DNA from: a virus
Length of the DNA: 64,000 bases
Reading direction: 5' to 3' (one strand)
IMG/VR virus record: IMGVR_UViG_3300037245_001167
Span: 7,101-71,100 of that record
Every line of letters begins with the position of its first letter. Within the stretch, counting starts at the first letter, position 1. A program made the translations under genes and the position numbers. A model generated the notes under the pieces. It was not told the DNA's origin, did no database searches, and saw nothing but the letters and a program-made list of their open reading frames with translations. Below, piece after piece: positions 20,118 through 30,333 of the stretch.

Positions 20118-20248
20118 GCTTCGATGAGAAAACGCAAAAGAGTATTTCGATGATAGTCAAGATGCTTGACGGCACGTTAGATATCGAGAAGGACATCCCG
20201 AAGAAACGGGGACTTCCGCCGCCGGAAGAGATGTTAATGTATTTTTAA
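19916..20248 (+). CDS. gpGT-like -1 frameshift extension of the tail chaperone
   Basis: A-AAA-AAC heptamer at 19916-19922; -1 frame open to TAA 20246-20248 and encodes RLAREYKCSLSELF..ELREQYFAEQYWP, resembling gpT. Confidence 0.75.
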   Translation, partial: KKLNSDLWHRWCVRLAREYKCSLSELFKRHEEYELREQYFAEQYWPSGNAAESYKAILAGQIAGQKISFDEKTQKSISMIVKMLDGTLDIEKDIPKKRGLPPPEEMLMYF

Positions 20249-20267
20249 GAATTAAGGAGATATAAAA

Positions 20268-20792
20268 ATGACTGTTGGAACTACACGAATAAACGGAAAC
20301 GCCGGGGTGTCGGTCAATCTTACGGCGTTCTTGGCTGGCGACCTGTCGGAGATTAGAGTCCCGGCGATTGCCAATAGTATGGGTTGGTCCTACGGGACTG
20401 GTGCCGGTGCGGTGGATGTTATTTACGCCGATACGCATACGCTTACTCTCGGATCAACTATAACGATAGACCTGCTTGCTGGCACACCAGGCACCCTACT
20501 GGATATCTTTGGCCGGGCACTTACACTGGATGCGCTCAAGTTTCTCTATATTAAGAATACCTCGGTCGATTCGGGATTGTGGATTGGAGGTCAAGGGGCA
20601 GACGACCTTCTATTATTCAAAGCTCCTGGCGATATTATATACGTCCCGCCAGGTGGTTTTTTCGCATGGGCAGATCCATCGGCGGCAGGTATAGATACAA
20701 CGACCCAGACGGATTTGAAATTAGAGGACGATAGCGGCGGTGTTGCAGGTGATAGGTACATCGAAGTCATTGCAATGGGACTTGATGATTAA
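20268..20792 (+). CDS. Virion protein, paralog A
   Basis: WSYGTGA, KFLYIKN, W.DPSAAG shared with the next gene. Confidence 0.6.
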   Translation: MTVGTTRINGNAGVSVNLTAFLAGDLSEIRVPAIANSMGWSYGTGAGAVDVIYADTHTLTLGSTITIDLLAGTPGTLLDIFGRALTLDALKFLYIKNTSVDSGLWIGGQGADDLLLFKAPGDIIYVPPGGFFAWADPSAAGIDTTTQTDLKLEDDSGGVAGDRYIEVIAMGLDD

Positions 20793-20829
20793 CAATAGAA
20801 GAATAAAAATGAATTAAGGAGATATAAAA

Positions 20830-21342
20830 ATGACTGTTGGAACTACAAAGATAATTGGTCAAGCTGGGCCGGCGTCATCCTTGACGGCGTTTCTGGCCGG
20901 CGACCTTACAGAAATGCAAGTGCCAGTCTTACTCAATAACATGAGCTGGTCATACGGGACAGGAGCCAATGCGGTGAATGTTGTCTATGCTGACACGGTT
21001 CCCGTCGGCGATGGCGCAACGGTAGATATCGACCTGAACGCTTCCGGAACTTACCTGGATATCTTTACGCGGGCATTGACACTGGAAGCTGTCAAGTTTG
21101 TTTACATCAAGAACAACTCGGCCGATGCTACGCTGGAAATATTAGGGGTAGGAGCTACGACGCTTTTAATATGCAAGGCGGATGATGACATAATTACAAT
21201 CAAGCCGGGCGGTACATTTACGTGGACAGACCCCTCGGCTGCAGGATTGTCTTGCAATCCCGATGTATCTCTTAGGCTTGTGCATGACGGCACAGGCGAT
21301 AATGCGATGGATGTTGATATCATTATTATGGGCCTTGACTAA
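20830..21342 (+). CDS. Virion protein, paralog B
   Basis: Tandem paralog; identical 37-bp RBS/start region. Confidence 0.6.
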   Translation: MTVGTTKIIGQAGPASSLTAFLAGDLTEMQVPVLLNNMSWSYGTGANAVNVVYADTVPVGDGATVDIDLNASGTYLDIFTRALTLEAVKFVYIKNNSADATLEILGVGATTLLICKADDDIITIKPGGTFTWTDPSAAGLSCNPDVSLRLVHDGTGDNAMDVDIIIMGLD

Positions 21343-21358
21343 GATTAAGAGGTGACAA

Positions 21359-23545
21359 ATGATTCCTCTCGTAATGAGTGTAATCGCCAAGACCGAGACA
21401 TTCCAACGGGATATGGCTAAGGCGGGCAAATCTGTCAAGACTTTCAGTACGACGGCCAGTAGGACTACGGCAACGGTCACGAAGCTGGGCCGGTCATTTC
21501 TGATGATGGCCGGTGTCGGTGGTGGTCTGTATATGTTCAGCAATATGGTACGTAGCGGTATTCGTGAAGCGGCGGCATTTGAAAAGCAGATGGCTAATGT
21601 ATCGACGATGCTCGACGACCAGTCGATGTCGATATTGCCACGCTATACAGAGCGGTTGCGGTTTATGAGTAGGGAGTTTGGCGAGGGCACCGAAACGCTG
21701 GCGAAAGGACTTTATGATATCCTTTCGGCATCGATAGATACGGCGAAAGCTCTTGATGTTCTTACTGTATCTACCAAGGCGGCCAAAGCCGGAGTGACTG
21801 ATACAGGCGTTGCTGCTGATGCAATTACGACAATCTTAAACTCATACAGTCTTGAAGCAGAACGGGCTGGCGATGTTTCGGATAAGTTGTTTACGATTGT
21901 AAAACTTGGCAAGACGACGTTCGGCGAGTTGGCTCCGAACATCGGTAAAATTGCAGCGATAGCGGCGACTGTTGGTGCTTCATTCGACGATTTGGGTGCT
22001 ACGCTGGCAACTATGACGAGGGCTGGTGTTCAGACTGAAATTGCTATTACATCACTTCGGGCTATATTGTTGGGATTCATTAAACCGGGGCCTGAAGCGG
22101 CAAAATTAGCGATGGATGAATTTGGGCTTGCTCTTAATAGTGCCACTATACGATCAATCGGATTGGTAGGTGTAATCCAGAAACTCAAGACAGCGACAGC
22201 AGAGCAATTGGCTATTATTTTACCGTCATCGAGAGCTATTACTGGATTTGCAGCCGCCGTTCAAAAGGCTACGGCTCTGGCTGGTGATTATGATACTATG
22301 CTCAATTCGTTAGGGGCTACGGAAGAGGCGTATCAGAAGATTGCAGCTACTTCGGCATTCCAACTGGAACAGTCCAAACAACAATGGACTGATATCAAAA
22401 GATCGGTTGGCGATGCGATTTTACCCTCCTTGGCGGCGGCCCTCGATTCAATGAGTAAATCTCTGGAAAGAAATCGTGGAGCCATAAAGCGATGGGGTGA
22501 GGACACAGCCGAAGGCTTCGGTATGGCAAAGAGAGCTATGGATGCGTATTGGAATTCATGGATGATGATAGTGCCGCGTACAATAACAGGCTTCGTTATG
22601 CCCGCGAGTCTACCTGAATCGCCTGCCCAAGGTGAGACGTGGGCTGATACTATCAAGCGGTTTGAGGAAACTGGGCTGCTTTTGGCAGCCAGCACAGAAA
22701 TCAAAGCTCCACCCGGAAACGTAGCTACTGGAGCGGCAGGAAAAACCGACGAGGTTATGAAGGCCGAATTAGATGCCGTTAAGGAGAAAATTGCATCGGT
22801 TAGGGCGTTGGAATATTTGACACGGCAGGAGAGAATGACTGCCCTCAAAGAATATCAGACGCTTCATGGATATACGATGGACGGTATAACGGAACAAGAG
22901 ATGGCTTTGTCTGCTGAGATTACGAGTATCCATAAGAGCAGGCTCGATGCGATGAAGGTCTATCATTCGGAACTCAAAGAAGATATGCAGGACACATCGC
23001 TTTACATTTCGGAGAAATTTGCTGACGTCGCTCAGGAAATCGAGGGTTCGATGTCGAGTGCGTTCCAGTCGATGATACAAGGCGGGGCGAATTTCCGCGA
23101 TGCGATGAACCAGTTCTTTATGGATATTGGGGCATCGTTTGCAAAGATGGCATCGGATATGGCAGCACGAGCGATGATGAGTGGGATAATGAATGCAGTA
23201 GTTGGCGGTTTATTTGCTGGGGCGGCAGGTTCTGAGGGTAATCCATTCGTTGCCCCGGAAGGTTCTTTCGGCGCACCAACTCAGCACGCTGGCTGGGTTC
23301 CTCACGGAACGCCGAGCTTTCGGCGGGGCCGAGGACTCAAGAGTAACGAGATGGCGGCGATTATTGAGAAGGATGAAATGTTGGTTCCGAGTAAGCAGAT
23401 TGTCAAAGGCGGAGCGACAAATTTCGAGCCGAAGTTTAACATTATCATCGTTCGCGACGAAAAGGCTGCCCAGATTGAAGCGATGAATAGCAAAGAGGGC
23501 GAGAAATCTTACATCAGGCACGCGAGCCGGAATAGAAATATATAA
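21359..23545 (+). CDS. Tape measure protein (TP901-type)
   Basis: FEKQMANV.T, LAKGLYDILSA, GKTTFGELA, helical Ala-rich; position in tail module. Confidence 0.92.
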   Translation: MIPLVMSVIAKTETFQRDMAKAGKSVKTFSTTASRTTATVTKLGRSFLMMAGVGGGLYMFSNMVRSGIREAAAFEKQMANVSTMLDDQSMSILPRYTERLRFMSREFGEGTETLAKGLYDILSASIDTAKALDVLTVSTKAAKAGVTDTGVAADAITTILNSYSLEAERAGDVSDKLFTIVKLGKTTFGELAPNIGKIAAIAATVGASFDDLGATLATMTRAGVQTEIAITSLRAILLGFIKPGPEAAKLAMDEFGLALNSATIRSIGLVGVIQKLKTATAEQLAIILPSSRAITGFAAAVQKATALAGDYDTMLNSLGATEEAYQKIAATSAFQLEQSKQQWTDIKRSVGDAILPSLAAALDSMSKSLERNRGAIKRWGEDTAEGFGMAKRAMDAYWNSWMMIVPRTITGFVMPASLPESPAQGETWADTIKRFEETGLLLAASTEIKAPPGNVATGAAGKTDEVMKAELDAVKEKIASVRALEYLTRQERMTALKEYQTLHGYTMDGITEQEMALSAEITSIHKSRLDAMKVYHSELKEDMQDTSLYISEKFADVAQEIEGSMSSAFQSMIQGGANFRDAMNQFFMDIGASFAKMASDMAARAMMSGIMNAVVGGLFAGAAGSEGNPFVAPEGSFGAPTQHAGWVPHGTPSFRRGRGLKSNEMAAIIEKDEMLVPSKQIVKGGATNFEPKFNIIIVRDEKAAQIEAMNSKEGEKSYIRHASRNRNI

Positions 23546-23555
23546 GGGACGGATT

Positions 23556-24803
23556 ATGGCATATAAAATAGGTTTTGCAAACGGGCATAAAGAGTTGCTG
23601 GTTGCCGTCAAGGGCTTCCTGACAGACGCTAAAAAGGCGTGGAACATCACGGCGGGGGCTAATACGGGTGATGGCTATGTATCGGCTGAGCGGGCAGGTG
23701 CGGCCCCTATTGATGAAACGTGGACACTGACTGCGACGACTGCTACTAATTTCACGGTAGTCGGCGGAGTTTCCGGCGCTCAGGGAGCGGCTACGGTCGC
23801 TACGCCATACGATAATGGGATAGTCGCCTTCACAATAATTCAAGGCGATATCCTGTTTGTTGGTGGCGATTCGTTCACTTTCGTCGTAGTCGATGGCCTT
23901 GGTGGGACGGAGTTATACACGACGATGCGTTATGATACCGATTACGACGCCGTGGGCGGCCATGAGCTGATTCTAAAGGGGGTGGGTACGGCAGGTACGG
24001 ATGAGATATATACAGCCATACAGACGGTCGAGGACGGCGGGAACGACTGGTACAATTGGCGGATCGCCGGGATGACGAGCTATACAGCCACAGATTTAGA
24101 GTACATGCCGGGTTTGACTCAGGGTCGGATGGCTCGATTATTGTTATGGCAGGAAAAGATTCAATACTGGTGTGTGGCTAATGGTCGGCGGTTTATCGTA
24201 GTAGCGAAAGTCTCGTCAGTTTACGAGGCTTCGTATCTCGGCTTTGCTTTGCCGTATGGCCTGCCGACTCAGTTTCCTTATCCGTTGGTTGTCGGTGGTG
24301 CGGCGAGTCCTGATAATACGGCGATTGAAAACAGATATAGTACAACCCATGTAACTCATCGAGGCTTTGCGAATCCTTACGCAAATGCGGCTACGGTGTG
24401 TACGGCTTCAGTATTTGATACAACGAGTGATTATTCGACATTGAAAATTTTACAGGGGACGAGCTGGATAAAAATATTCGGTAAAACGGGTACGACAATA
24501 CAAAATACGAATATTGTTTGGCCTTATAGCTGTACTGATATAAGTAGTGCCTACCATCCTCATATTTTCAGTAACGATTTGCGGGAAAATATTGATGGTA
24601 CATATCCGGTATTTCCAACTGTGCCAATGATTGAGAATCCATCGAACCATATTGTGGGTGAATTGCAGGGAGTCTTTGCCGTTAATGGATTCGGTGGGAT
24701 AGCCGCCGAGGATACCTTTGCAATAAATGGCGGCACTTATGTTGCATTTCCTATTCTACCGAACGCCGATGCAAATGATTTTTGGGCTTTGAAATTGGAG
24801 TAA
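23556..24803 (+). CDS. Tail-associated virion structural protein
   Basis: ANGRRFIVVAKV..YEASYLG...PY..P.QFPYPL.V.G and GELQGVFAV resemble post-tape-measure proteins of D3112/YuA-like siphoviruses. Confidence 0.7.
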   Translation: MAYKIGFANGHKELLVAVKGFLTDAKKAWNITAGANTGDGYVSAERAGAAPIDETWTLTATTATNFTVVGGVSGAQGAATVATPYDNGIVAFTIIQGDILFVGGDSFTFVVVDGLGGTELYTTMRYDTDYDAVGGHELILKGVGTAGTDEIYTAIQTVEDGGNDWYNWRIAGMTSYTATDLEYMPGLTQGRMARLLLWQEKIQYWCVANGRRFIVVAKVSSVYEASYLGFALPYGLPTQFPYPLVVGGAASPDNTAIENRYSTTHVTHRGFANPYANAATVCTASVFDTTSDYSTLKILQGTSWIKIFGKTGTTIQNTNIVWPYSCTDISSAYHPHIFSNDLRENIDGTYPVFPTVPMIENPSNHIVGELQGVFAVNGFGGIAAEDTFAINGGTYVAFPILPNADANDFWALKLE

Positions 24804-24807
24804 TATT

Positions 24808-26004
24808 ATGTCATATCAAGCAGGTGTAAGTACAGGGCCGAACGATTTAATAAGCAAACTGGAAACCTTTCTCGTGGCCGAAGGATGGACGGTTAATTTG
24901 TCTGCTGGTATTGGGGCCGGGCATCGGCTTCACGTCCAAAAGACGGCCGCCGATACAACGGAGATGTACTTCAATTTCCGTTCGGCAATCGCGGAAACCG
25001 GAACGACTTTGATTACCGAAGATAACGATGGGGGTGCAAATGGCACTGTGACTGGTTTGGTTGTCAATGGTTCGACTGGTTATAATGGCGGCTCGCTTTG
25101 GCATGTCCAGCCAGGATACCCACAAAACTTAACTGATGCTAATACTTCGTTTGGTTGCGTAATGTCGCCAATGTCAACGACTGCGATTCCGGCGTATTAT
25201 TTCTTTACGCCAGACTCGGATTCCGATACCGTTCATATTGTGGTCGAGGTGACGGCAGGCAAATTTCAGTTCATGTCATTAGGGATGATGGTAAAGCAGG
25301 GAACGATTACCGGAGGTCAGTATTTTTCGGCTTCATTTAGTAGCCACCAGCCGTATTATGATTGGGCTACGAGTGGTCTGAATCGTGACGGTTCGAGATA
25401 TTTTCAAAACGAGCCTTATGACAATCAAGCCTGTAATGGTGCGGTTTATGTAGATGTTGACGGAGATGCGAGCTGGAGAAATGCGGGATACCGGGTCTCT
25501 AATGACCAAATTATTTTCCCCTGCCCATCCCCAAGCGATGCCCTTCCCGATATACACAAAGAAGGCATGGCATCATTCTTTTATTCAAAGTCTCCCGATG
25601 CATACAATGCAATGGCGGCAATGTGTCCTATTTATACTTTTTTGGAACGAGACGATGACAACTATTCATTGATAGGATGGCCGGATGGCGTGCGGTTTTT
25701 GAATACTACCAATTACGACCCTGCCGAGGAAATAACCTATGGAGCAGAGACATGGACAGTCTTTCACGCCGATAGTTTAGAAGGCGACCCACAGAATATG
25801 TTTACGGGTTTCGCATATAAAAAGGTATCATCCAGTTCATCGTCAAGCTCGAACTCAAGCTCGTCAAGCTCTGTATCCAGTAGCCATAGTTCATCGAGTC
25901 ATTCGAGCAGTTCGCACTCAAGCAGTAGCAGTTCTATATCGTCGAGTCACAGCAGTTCGTCGCATTCGAGCAGTAGTCACTCAAGCAGTAGTAGTTCAGA
26001 TTAA
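24808..26004 (+). CDS. Tail virion protein with C-terminal Ser/His tag
   Basis: MSYQ.G..TGPNDL..KL..FL...GWTV start; P.EEIT.G.ETW.VF; Ser/His tract at 25828-25998. Confidence 0.7.
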   Translation: MSYQAGVSTGPNDLISKLETFLVAEGWTVNLSAGIGAGHRLHVQKTAADTTEMYFNFRSAIAETGTTLITEDNDGGANGTVTGLVVNGSTGYNGGSLWHVQPGYPQNLTDANTSFGCVMSPMSTTAIPAYYFFTPDSDSDTVHIVVEVTAGKFQFMSLGMMVKQGTITGGQYFSASFSSHQPYYDWATSGLNRDGSRYFQNEPYDNQACNGAVYVDVDGDASWRNAGYRVSNDQIIFPCPSPSDALPDIHKEGMASFFYSKSPDAYNAMAAMCPIYTFLERDDDNYSLIGWPDGVRFLNTTNYDPAEEITYGAETWTVFHADSLEGDPQNMFTGFAYKKVSSSSSSSSNSSSSSSVSSSHSSSSHSSSSHSSSSSSISSSHSSSSHSSSSHSSSSSSD

Positions 26005-26016
26005 CGGAGTAAGTAA

Positions 26017-27714
26017 ATGCCAGCTTTCACAGGAATATTAGAACCGAGCATTTTTGTCGAGGACACGTTACGTTGTTCGGCCACAATCGCAGCGGCCCTC
26101 ACTCCCAGCCCGGTCGCACCAATGCTTCCATTAGAATCGGTCATTCCACTCGGTGATAGTTCATGGCATAGCTACCTGCCCGTCGAGCAGATTGAGCGGC
26201 TAAGAACGGGCACGAAGGTCGATTCGTTCCTCGACGATTACTATTACCGAATCCACGTAACGCCCGCGACGTTCGCGTTCGGTGCGGTACTGTCTGAATT
26301 GATCGACGAGTTTTATGTATGGAATTCATTTTTTGTCCAGAAGACCTGCGATGATATTACCGAAACATTTCCCGATGAATTTGAATTGGACGGACTGGCT
26401 GACCCGTTCGACCTTGAGGCTTTGGAATACACAACCTATACAATCACAGTACCGAAGGAAGGTTCAGCAACGTTTGAATCAACTATCACATTTGATTTCG
26501 GGACGGCTGGAATGAGGGTGGTAGTTCTCAACGGTACAAGGCTGATAGTATTCGCATTCACCCCGTTATTAAAAATACCTGAATCGCTGGAATGGCTGAC
26601 TGATATTATAACTCCGAGGGATGGTATCGGTTCGGAGCAGCGGATGAGCGTTAGGACTATTCCGAGGCAGAGATTCACGTATTCAGTGCCGTTGAAAACC
26701 GAAAAGGAGCAGAGCAGGTTCGAGGCCGTGATGTTCGGTTGGCAAAAGAGGTCTTTCGGGCTTCCTATATGGACGGAGCGAGTCACACATACAGCGACAA
26801 TAACGGCGGCCGATGATACTATTACCGTCGATACGACAAATGCGGATTTCAGAGATGACAGCTACGCTATAATCTGGAAGTCCATTACAGAATACGAGGC
26901 GGTGAAGATAGATACCGTTGCTGCTGGGCTACTCACGCTCGAATCGCCGGTAGTTGATACATATACCGGAACGAAGTTTATCCTCCCGCTGCGGATAGCT
27001 CAAGTCAATTCATCGGTCAAAAAGAGCAACTTGTCAGCCGGTTTGATGATAGCTACGGTTGGATTCTCGGTGAAGGATAATATCCTGCAAACCGGATACA
27101 CGCCAGCCACGACTTACAAGACCTTCCCCGTTCTGGAGGTTGGCTCGAAGCAGTTCGGCAGAATATCAAAAGCCAGTGGCTCGGACAGCGATTCATTTAC
27201 TCAGGATTACAAAAGCGGTGACTTCGACTACTACAGTGATTCCGAATTTAATATGATAAGTCAGGGATGGGGTTTCGTTAATGAGGACAAAGCCGCCTGT
27301 TGGGACTTCCGACTTTTCCTGCATTCATTATATGGTATGCAGGGCACGGTTTGGGTGCCAACATACAAAGATGACCTGGCCCAGGCAGATACTATCGGTG
27401 CGGCCGATACAGATTTCCAGATTGAGAATATCAAGTTGGCTGAGAATATGACGTTCAATACACTCAGAACTCACTTGGCATTTATCCTGCCAGATGGTAC
27501 GACCTATTACAGGGAGATTACAGGCATTGTTGAACTCGATGATAATATCGAGGTCATATCAATCGATGCGTTTCTGGGTGAAGAAATTGCCGTTGGCGGG
27601 TGTATGATAAGCTTCCTCGACTTGTGCCGAAGGGCTTCGGATACGGCCCTGATGGACTGGTTCTTTTTCGACCATAATAATATCAACGAAACATATATGG
27701 CGGTAGTAGAATGA
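26017..27714 (+). CDS. Distal tail / tail-tip structural protein
   Basis: DDYYYRIHV.P, ESLEWLTD, EQR..R..PRQ.F, FL..L.G....W.PT. Confidence 0.7.
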   Translation: MPAFTGILEPSIFVEDTLRCSATIAAALTPSPVAPMLPLESVIPLGDSSWHSYLPVEQIERLRTGTKVDSFLDDYYYRIHVTPATFAFGAVLSELIDEFYVWNSFFVQKTCDDITETFPDEFELDGLADPFDLEALEYTTYTITVPKEGSATFESTITFDFGTAGMRVVVLNGTRLIVFAFTPLLKIPESLEWLTDIITPRDGIGSEQRMSVRTIPRQRFTYSVPLKTEKEQSRFEAVMFGWQKRSFGLPIWTERVTHTATITAADDTITVDTTNADFRDDSYAIIWKSITEYEAVKIDTVAAGLLTLESPVVDTYTGTKFILPLRIAQVNSSVKKSNLSAGLMIATVGFSVKDNILQTGYTPATTYKTFPVLEVGSKQFGRISKASGSDSDSFTQDYKSGDFDYYSDSEFNMISQGWGFVNEDKAACWDFRLFLHSLYGMQGTVWVPTYKDDLAQADTIGAADTDFQIENIKLAENMTFNTLRTHLAFILPDGTTYYREITGIVELDDNIEVISIDAFLGEEIAVGGCMISFLDLCRRASDTALMDWFFFDHNNINETYMAVVE

Positions 27715-28508
27715 CATATAACGATTACGAAATATCAGCAGCTTCCGGCCAGCCGGTTGAACTATACGATATAGCGATGGGCTTGACTCACTGGCGATTA
27801 GCCAGCGGTGGTGAGGACGTCGAGTATATGGGGCACACTTACGAATCGGCTCCGTGCGAACGAACTGAGATAGAGCAGACGGGCGAAATACCGAAGGACG
27901 GTATTGAGGTTAATTTGCCGAGAGGCCACGCGCTCGGCGTGATATGTATAGCGGGTGTCCCGGAAGAAGAAATCACCTTAATTCTATACCGACTTCACGG
28001 TGCGTTTAGCGTAACGTATTTCCGGGGGTTTATGACTAACATGAAATTTGACGGCGATGCAATTCCGATAGCATTCTTTGAGCCGAGAAGTTCGGACTTA
28101 CCTTTCGTTGGTGGACGGCGGCGATGCATGAGGATTTGTGGGCATAAGTTATATGGCTATCGTTGCGGAGTTGATAAAGAAGCATACAAGATTATCGATA
28201 CGATCGATACGATAAGCGGGATAACTATCACAGCGACGGAGTTCGGGATTACTGCTTATGATTTCAGTTCAGGTGGCGAGATTATAGTCGGCACGGCTCG
28301 CCGGACAATAGTTTCGCACGCTGGGATTACGATAACGATTAATCGTCCATTTGGTTCTGATGTGTTGGCAGGCGATGCGTTTTCCGCCTATCCAGGCTGT
28401 GACCATACACCAACAACTTGTGATACGGATTATTCCAATATTGATAATTACGGTGGTCTTGCGTTCCTGCCGACCAAGAACCTTTATGCAGGCGATTTGA
28501 TATACTGA
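27711..28508 (+). CDS. Tail-tip protein, BR0599/DUF2163-like (gpL-type Fe-S motif)
   Basis: PVELY, C...LY...CGV, AYPGCDHT..TC...NYGG..FLP..N. Confidence 0.8.
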   Translation: MTYNDYEISAASGQPVELYDIAMGLTHWRLASGGEDVEYMGHTYESAPCERTEIEQTGEIPKDGIEVNLPRGHALGVICIAGVPEEEITLILYRLHGAFSVTYFRGFMTNMKFDGDAIPIAFFEPRSSDLPFVGGRRRCMRICGHKLYGYRCGVDKEAYKIIDTIDTISGITITATEFGITAYDFSSGGEIIVGTARRTIVSHAGITITINRPFGSDVLAGDAFSAYPGCDHTPTTCDTDYSNIDNYGGLAFLPTKNLYAGDLIY

Positions 28509-28515
28509 GAGAATT

Positions 28516-30321
28516 ATGATAGAAACTTTTCCAATTATAGCAGTGGCTGACCCGTTTACTATATGGCTTGTCACTTTTTTGATAACGCTGGCGTTATCCG
28601 TAGGCATTGCCTATCTTACAAAAAAAGATCCCAAAGACATAAGGTATGATCCCGACACTTTTAATTTCCCAGAGATAAAAGAGGGAACGAAGTTTCCAAT
28701 TATAGCCGGTACATGCTGGCAGACGGCTCCGATTATCGCGTGGTTCGGCGATATAAAGACCGAGGCGGTTAGGGTTCGTCTATCTGATACCGACGGCCAA
28801 AATGTATATCTGAATAAATACTTCTATGGGGCACATCATATTCTCGCACAGGGTTTCTGTGATGGCGTAGTGCAGACCAAGGTTGCCGACTTAGTTATCT
28901 GGCCTGACGAAACGGACAAGACCGTACTGAACGCAGACGCCGCCGCCTCGGCGATAATTGACCTACCAGAATTATACGGTGGCATTCACGAACACAATGC
29001 AAGCATAACCGGGCAGGGCGGAATTATAGGGACGATCGATTTTCAATATGGATTACCTGACCAGACGCTCAATAGTTATCTCGAAAGCGTACAGGGAGCA
29101 GGCGTATCGGCCAATCGCGGACTAACGGCAGCGATATTGCGACAGCCCTGGATTGGCATGTCAACCTCACCGCTGCAATGGAAATATCTCGTTAAGCGAA
29201 CGGAACACTTGACGACCGGCGAGGAACAGTGGTATGTAGCGAAGGCGACTATCCGAAATTATGAGATTAATCCTATTCACTGGCTTCGGGAAATCTACAC
29301 AGACACTGAGTGGGGGCTGGGGTATCCCGCTGCGATATTCGATAACGCTACTTTAGAGGCGGCAGCCGATGACCTATATGACGAAGGCTTTGGTATTTGC
29401 ATTAAATGGGAAGGCGATCAGTCGCTTGAGGATCACGTTAAAGATATTCTCAGATATATAAACGCCGTAATCCGAGAGGATTATTCGACCGGGCAACTCG
29501 AAATAAAATTGATTCGTGATGATTACGTTTTAGGTGCTCTCGAAGAGTTTGACGAGACTGATATTAATACCGTAGAGGATTATTCGCGGGGAGTTATCCA
29601 TAAAGTTGCCGATGTAACATACGTCAAATATTGGAGTTTGTACGACAACCTTCCGGTAACTATTCCTAATCACGACATGGCATTAGTCAGTGTCCAGAAC
29701 GAAATGCTCATTCCTAACAATGTCGATTATACCGGTGTTGTCAACGATGACTTGGCTGGGCAACTGGCGGCCCGTGACCAGTATCAGATTTCAGCATTCC
29801 CGGCGGTAATGAAAATCAAAGCCAAGCGGACAATGGCACACCTGATGGCAGGCGATGTTTTCAAGTTGACCTGGCCGCCGCTGGGTATTATCTCGATGGT
29901 AGTCCGTATAGTAACGCCGCATTATGGAACGCTAACTGATGGTGAAGTTTCGTTCGACTGCGTAGAGGATATATTCGGAATGAAAGATTCTCTGTTCGGC
30001 GTTCCGCCAGCTACGGGGTGGTCTGATGTCGTAGCCGATCCAGAATATGATGAAGATTATCTGATAGCTCAAATGGCCCTGGATACCGTTGACCCGACAG
30101 TTGTTGTTACCAGCTCTTCGTCATCGAGCCTGTCATCCAGCTCGCACAGCTCTTCCAGTCACAGTTCAAGCAGCAGTTCGGTATCGAGCAGTCATTCGAG
30201 CAGTAGCAGTTCTATTTCATCGAGCCATTCGAGCAGCAGCCATAGTTCAAGCTCTCATTCGAGTAGCTCGCATAGTAGTAGTCAATCATCGTCACATAGT
30301 TCGTCGAGTAGTTCAGATTAA
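28516..30321 (+). CDS. Central tail / tail-tip protein with C-terminal Ser/His tag
   Basis: EG...PI.AGT, LYGG, NPIH...E..TD..WGLG, LYDEGFG, KLIRDDY, VEDIF; Ser/His tract at 30112-30315. Confidence 0.75.
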   Translation: MIETFPIIAVADPFTIWLVTFLITLALSVGIAYLTKKDPKDIRYDPDTFNFPEIKEGTKFPIIAGTCWQTAPIIAWFGDIKTEAVRVRLSDTDGQNVYLNKYFYGAHHILAQGFCDGVVQTKVADLVIWPDETDKTVLNADAAASAIIDLPELYGGIHEHNASITGQGGIIGTIDFQYGLPDQTLNSYLESVQGAGVSANRGLTAAILRQPWIGMSTSPLQWKYLVKRTEHLTTGEEQWYVAKATIRNYEINPIHWLREIYTDTEWGLGYPAAIFDNATLEAAADDLYDEGFGICIKWEGDQSLEDHVKDILRYINAVIREDYSTGQLEIKLIRDDYVLGALEEFDETDINTVEDYSRGVIHKVADVTYVKYWSLYDNLPVTIPNHDMALVSVQNEMLIPNNVDYTGVVNDDLAGQLAARDQYQISAFPAVMKIKAKRTMAHLMAGDVFKLTWPPLGIISMVVRIVTPHYGTLTDGEVSFDCVEDIFGMKDSLFGVPPATGWSDVVADPEYDEDYLIAQMALDTVDPTVVVTSSSSSSLSSSSHSSSSHSSSSSSVSSSHSSSSSSISSSHSSSSHSSSSHSSSSHSSSQSSSHSSSSSSD

Positions 30322-30333
30322 AAAGGAGATAAT

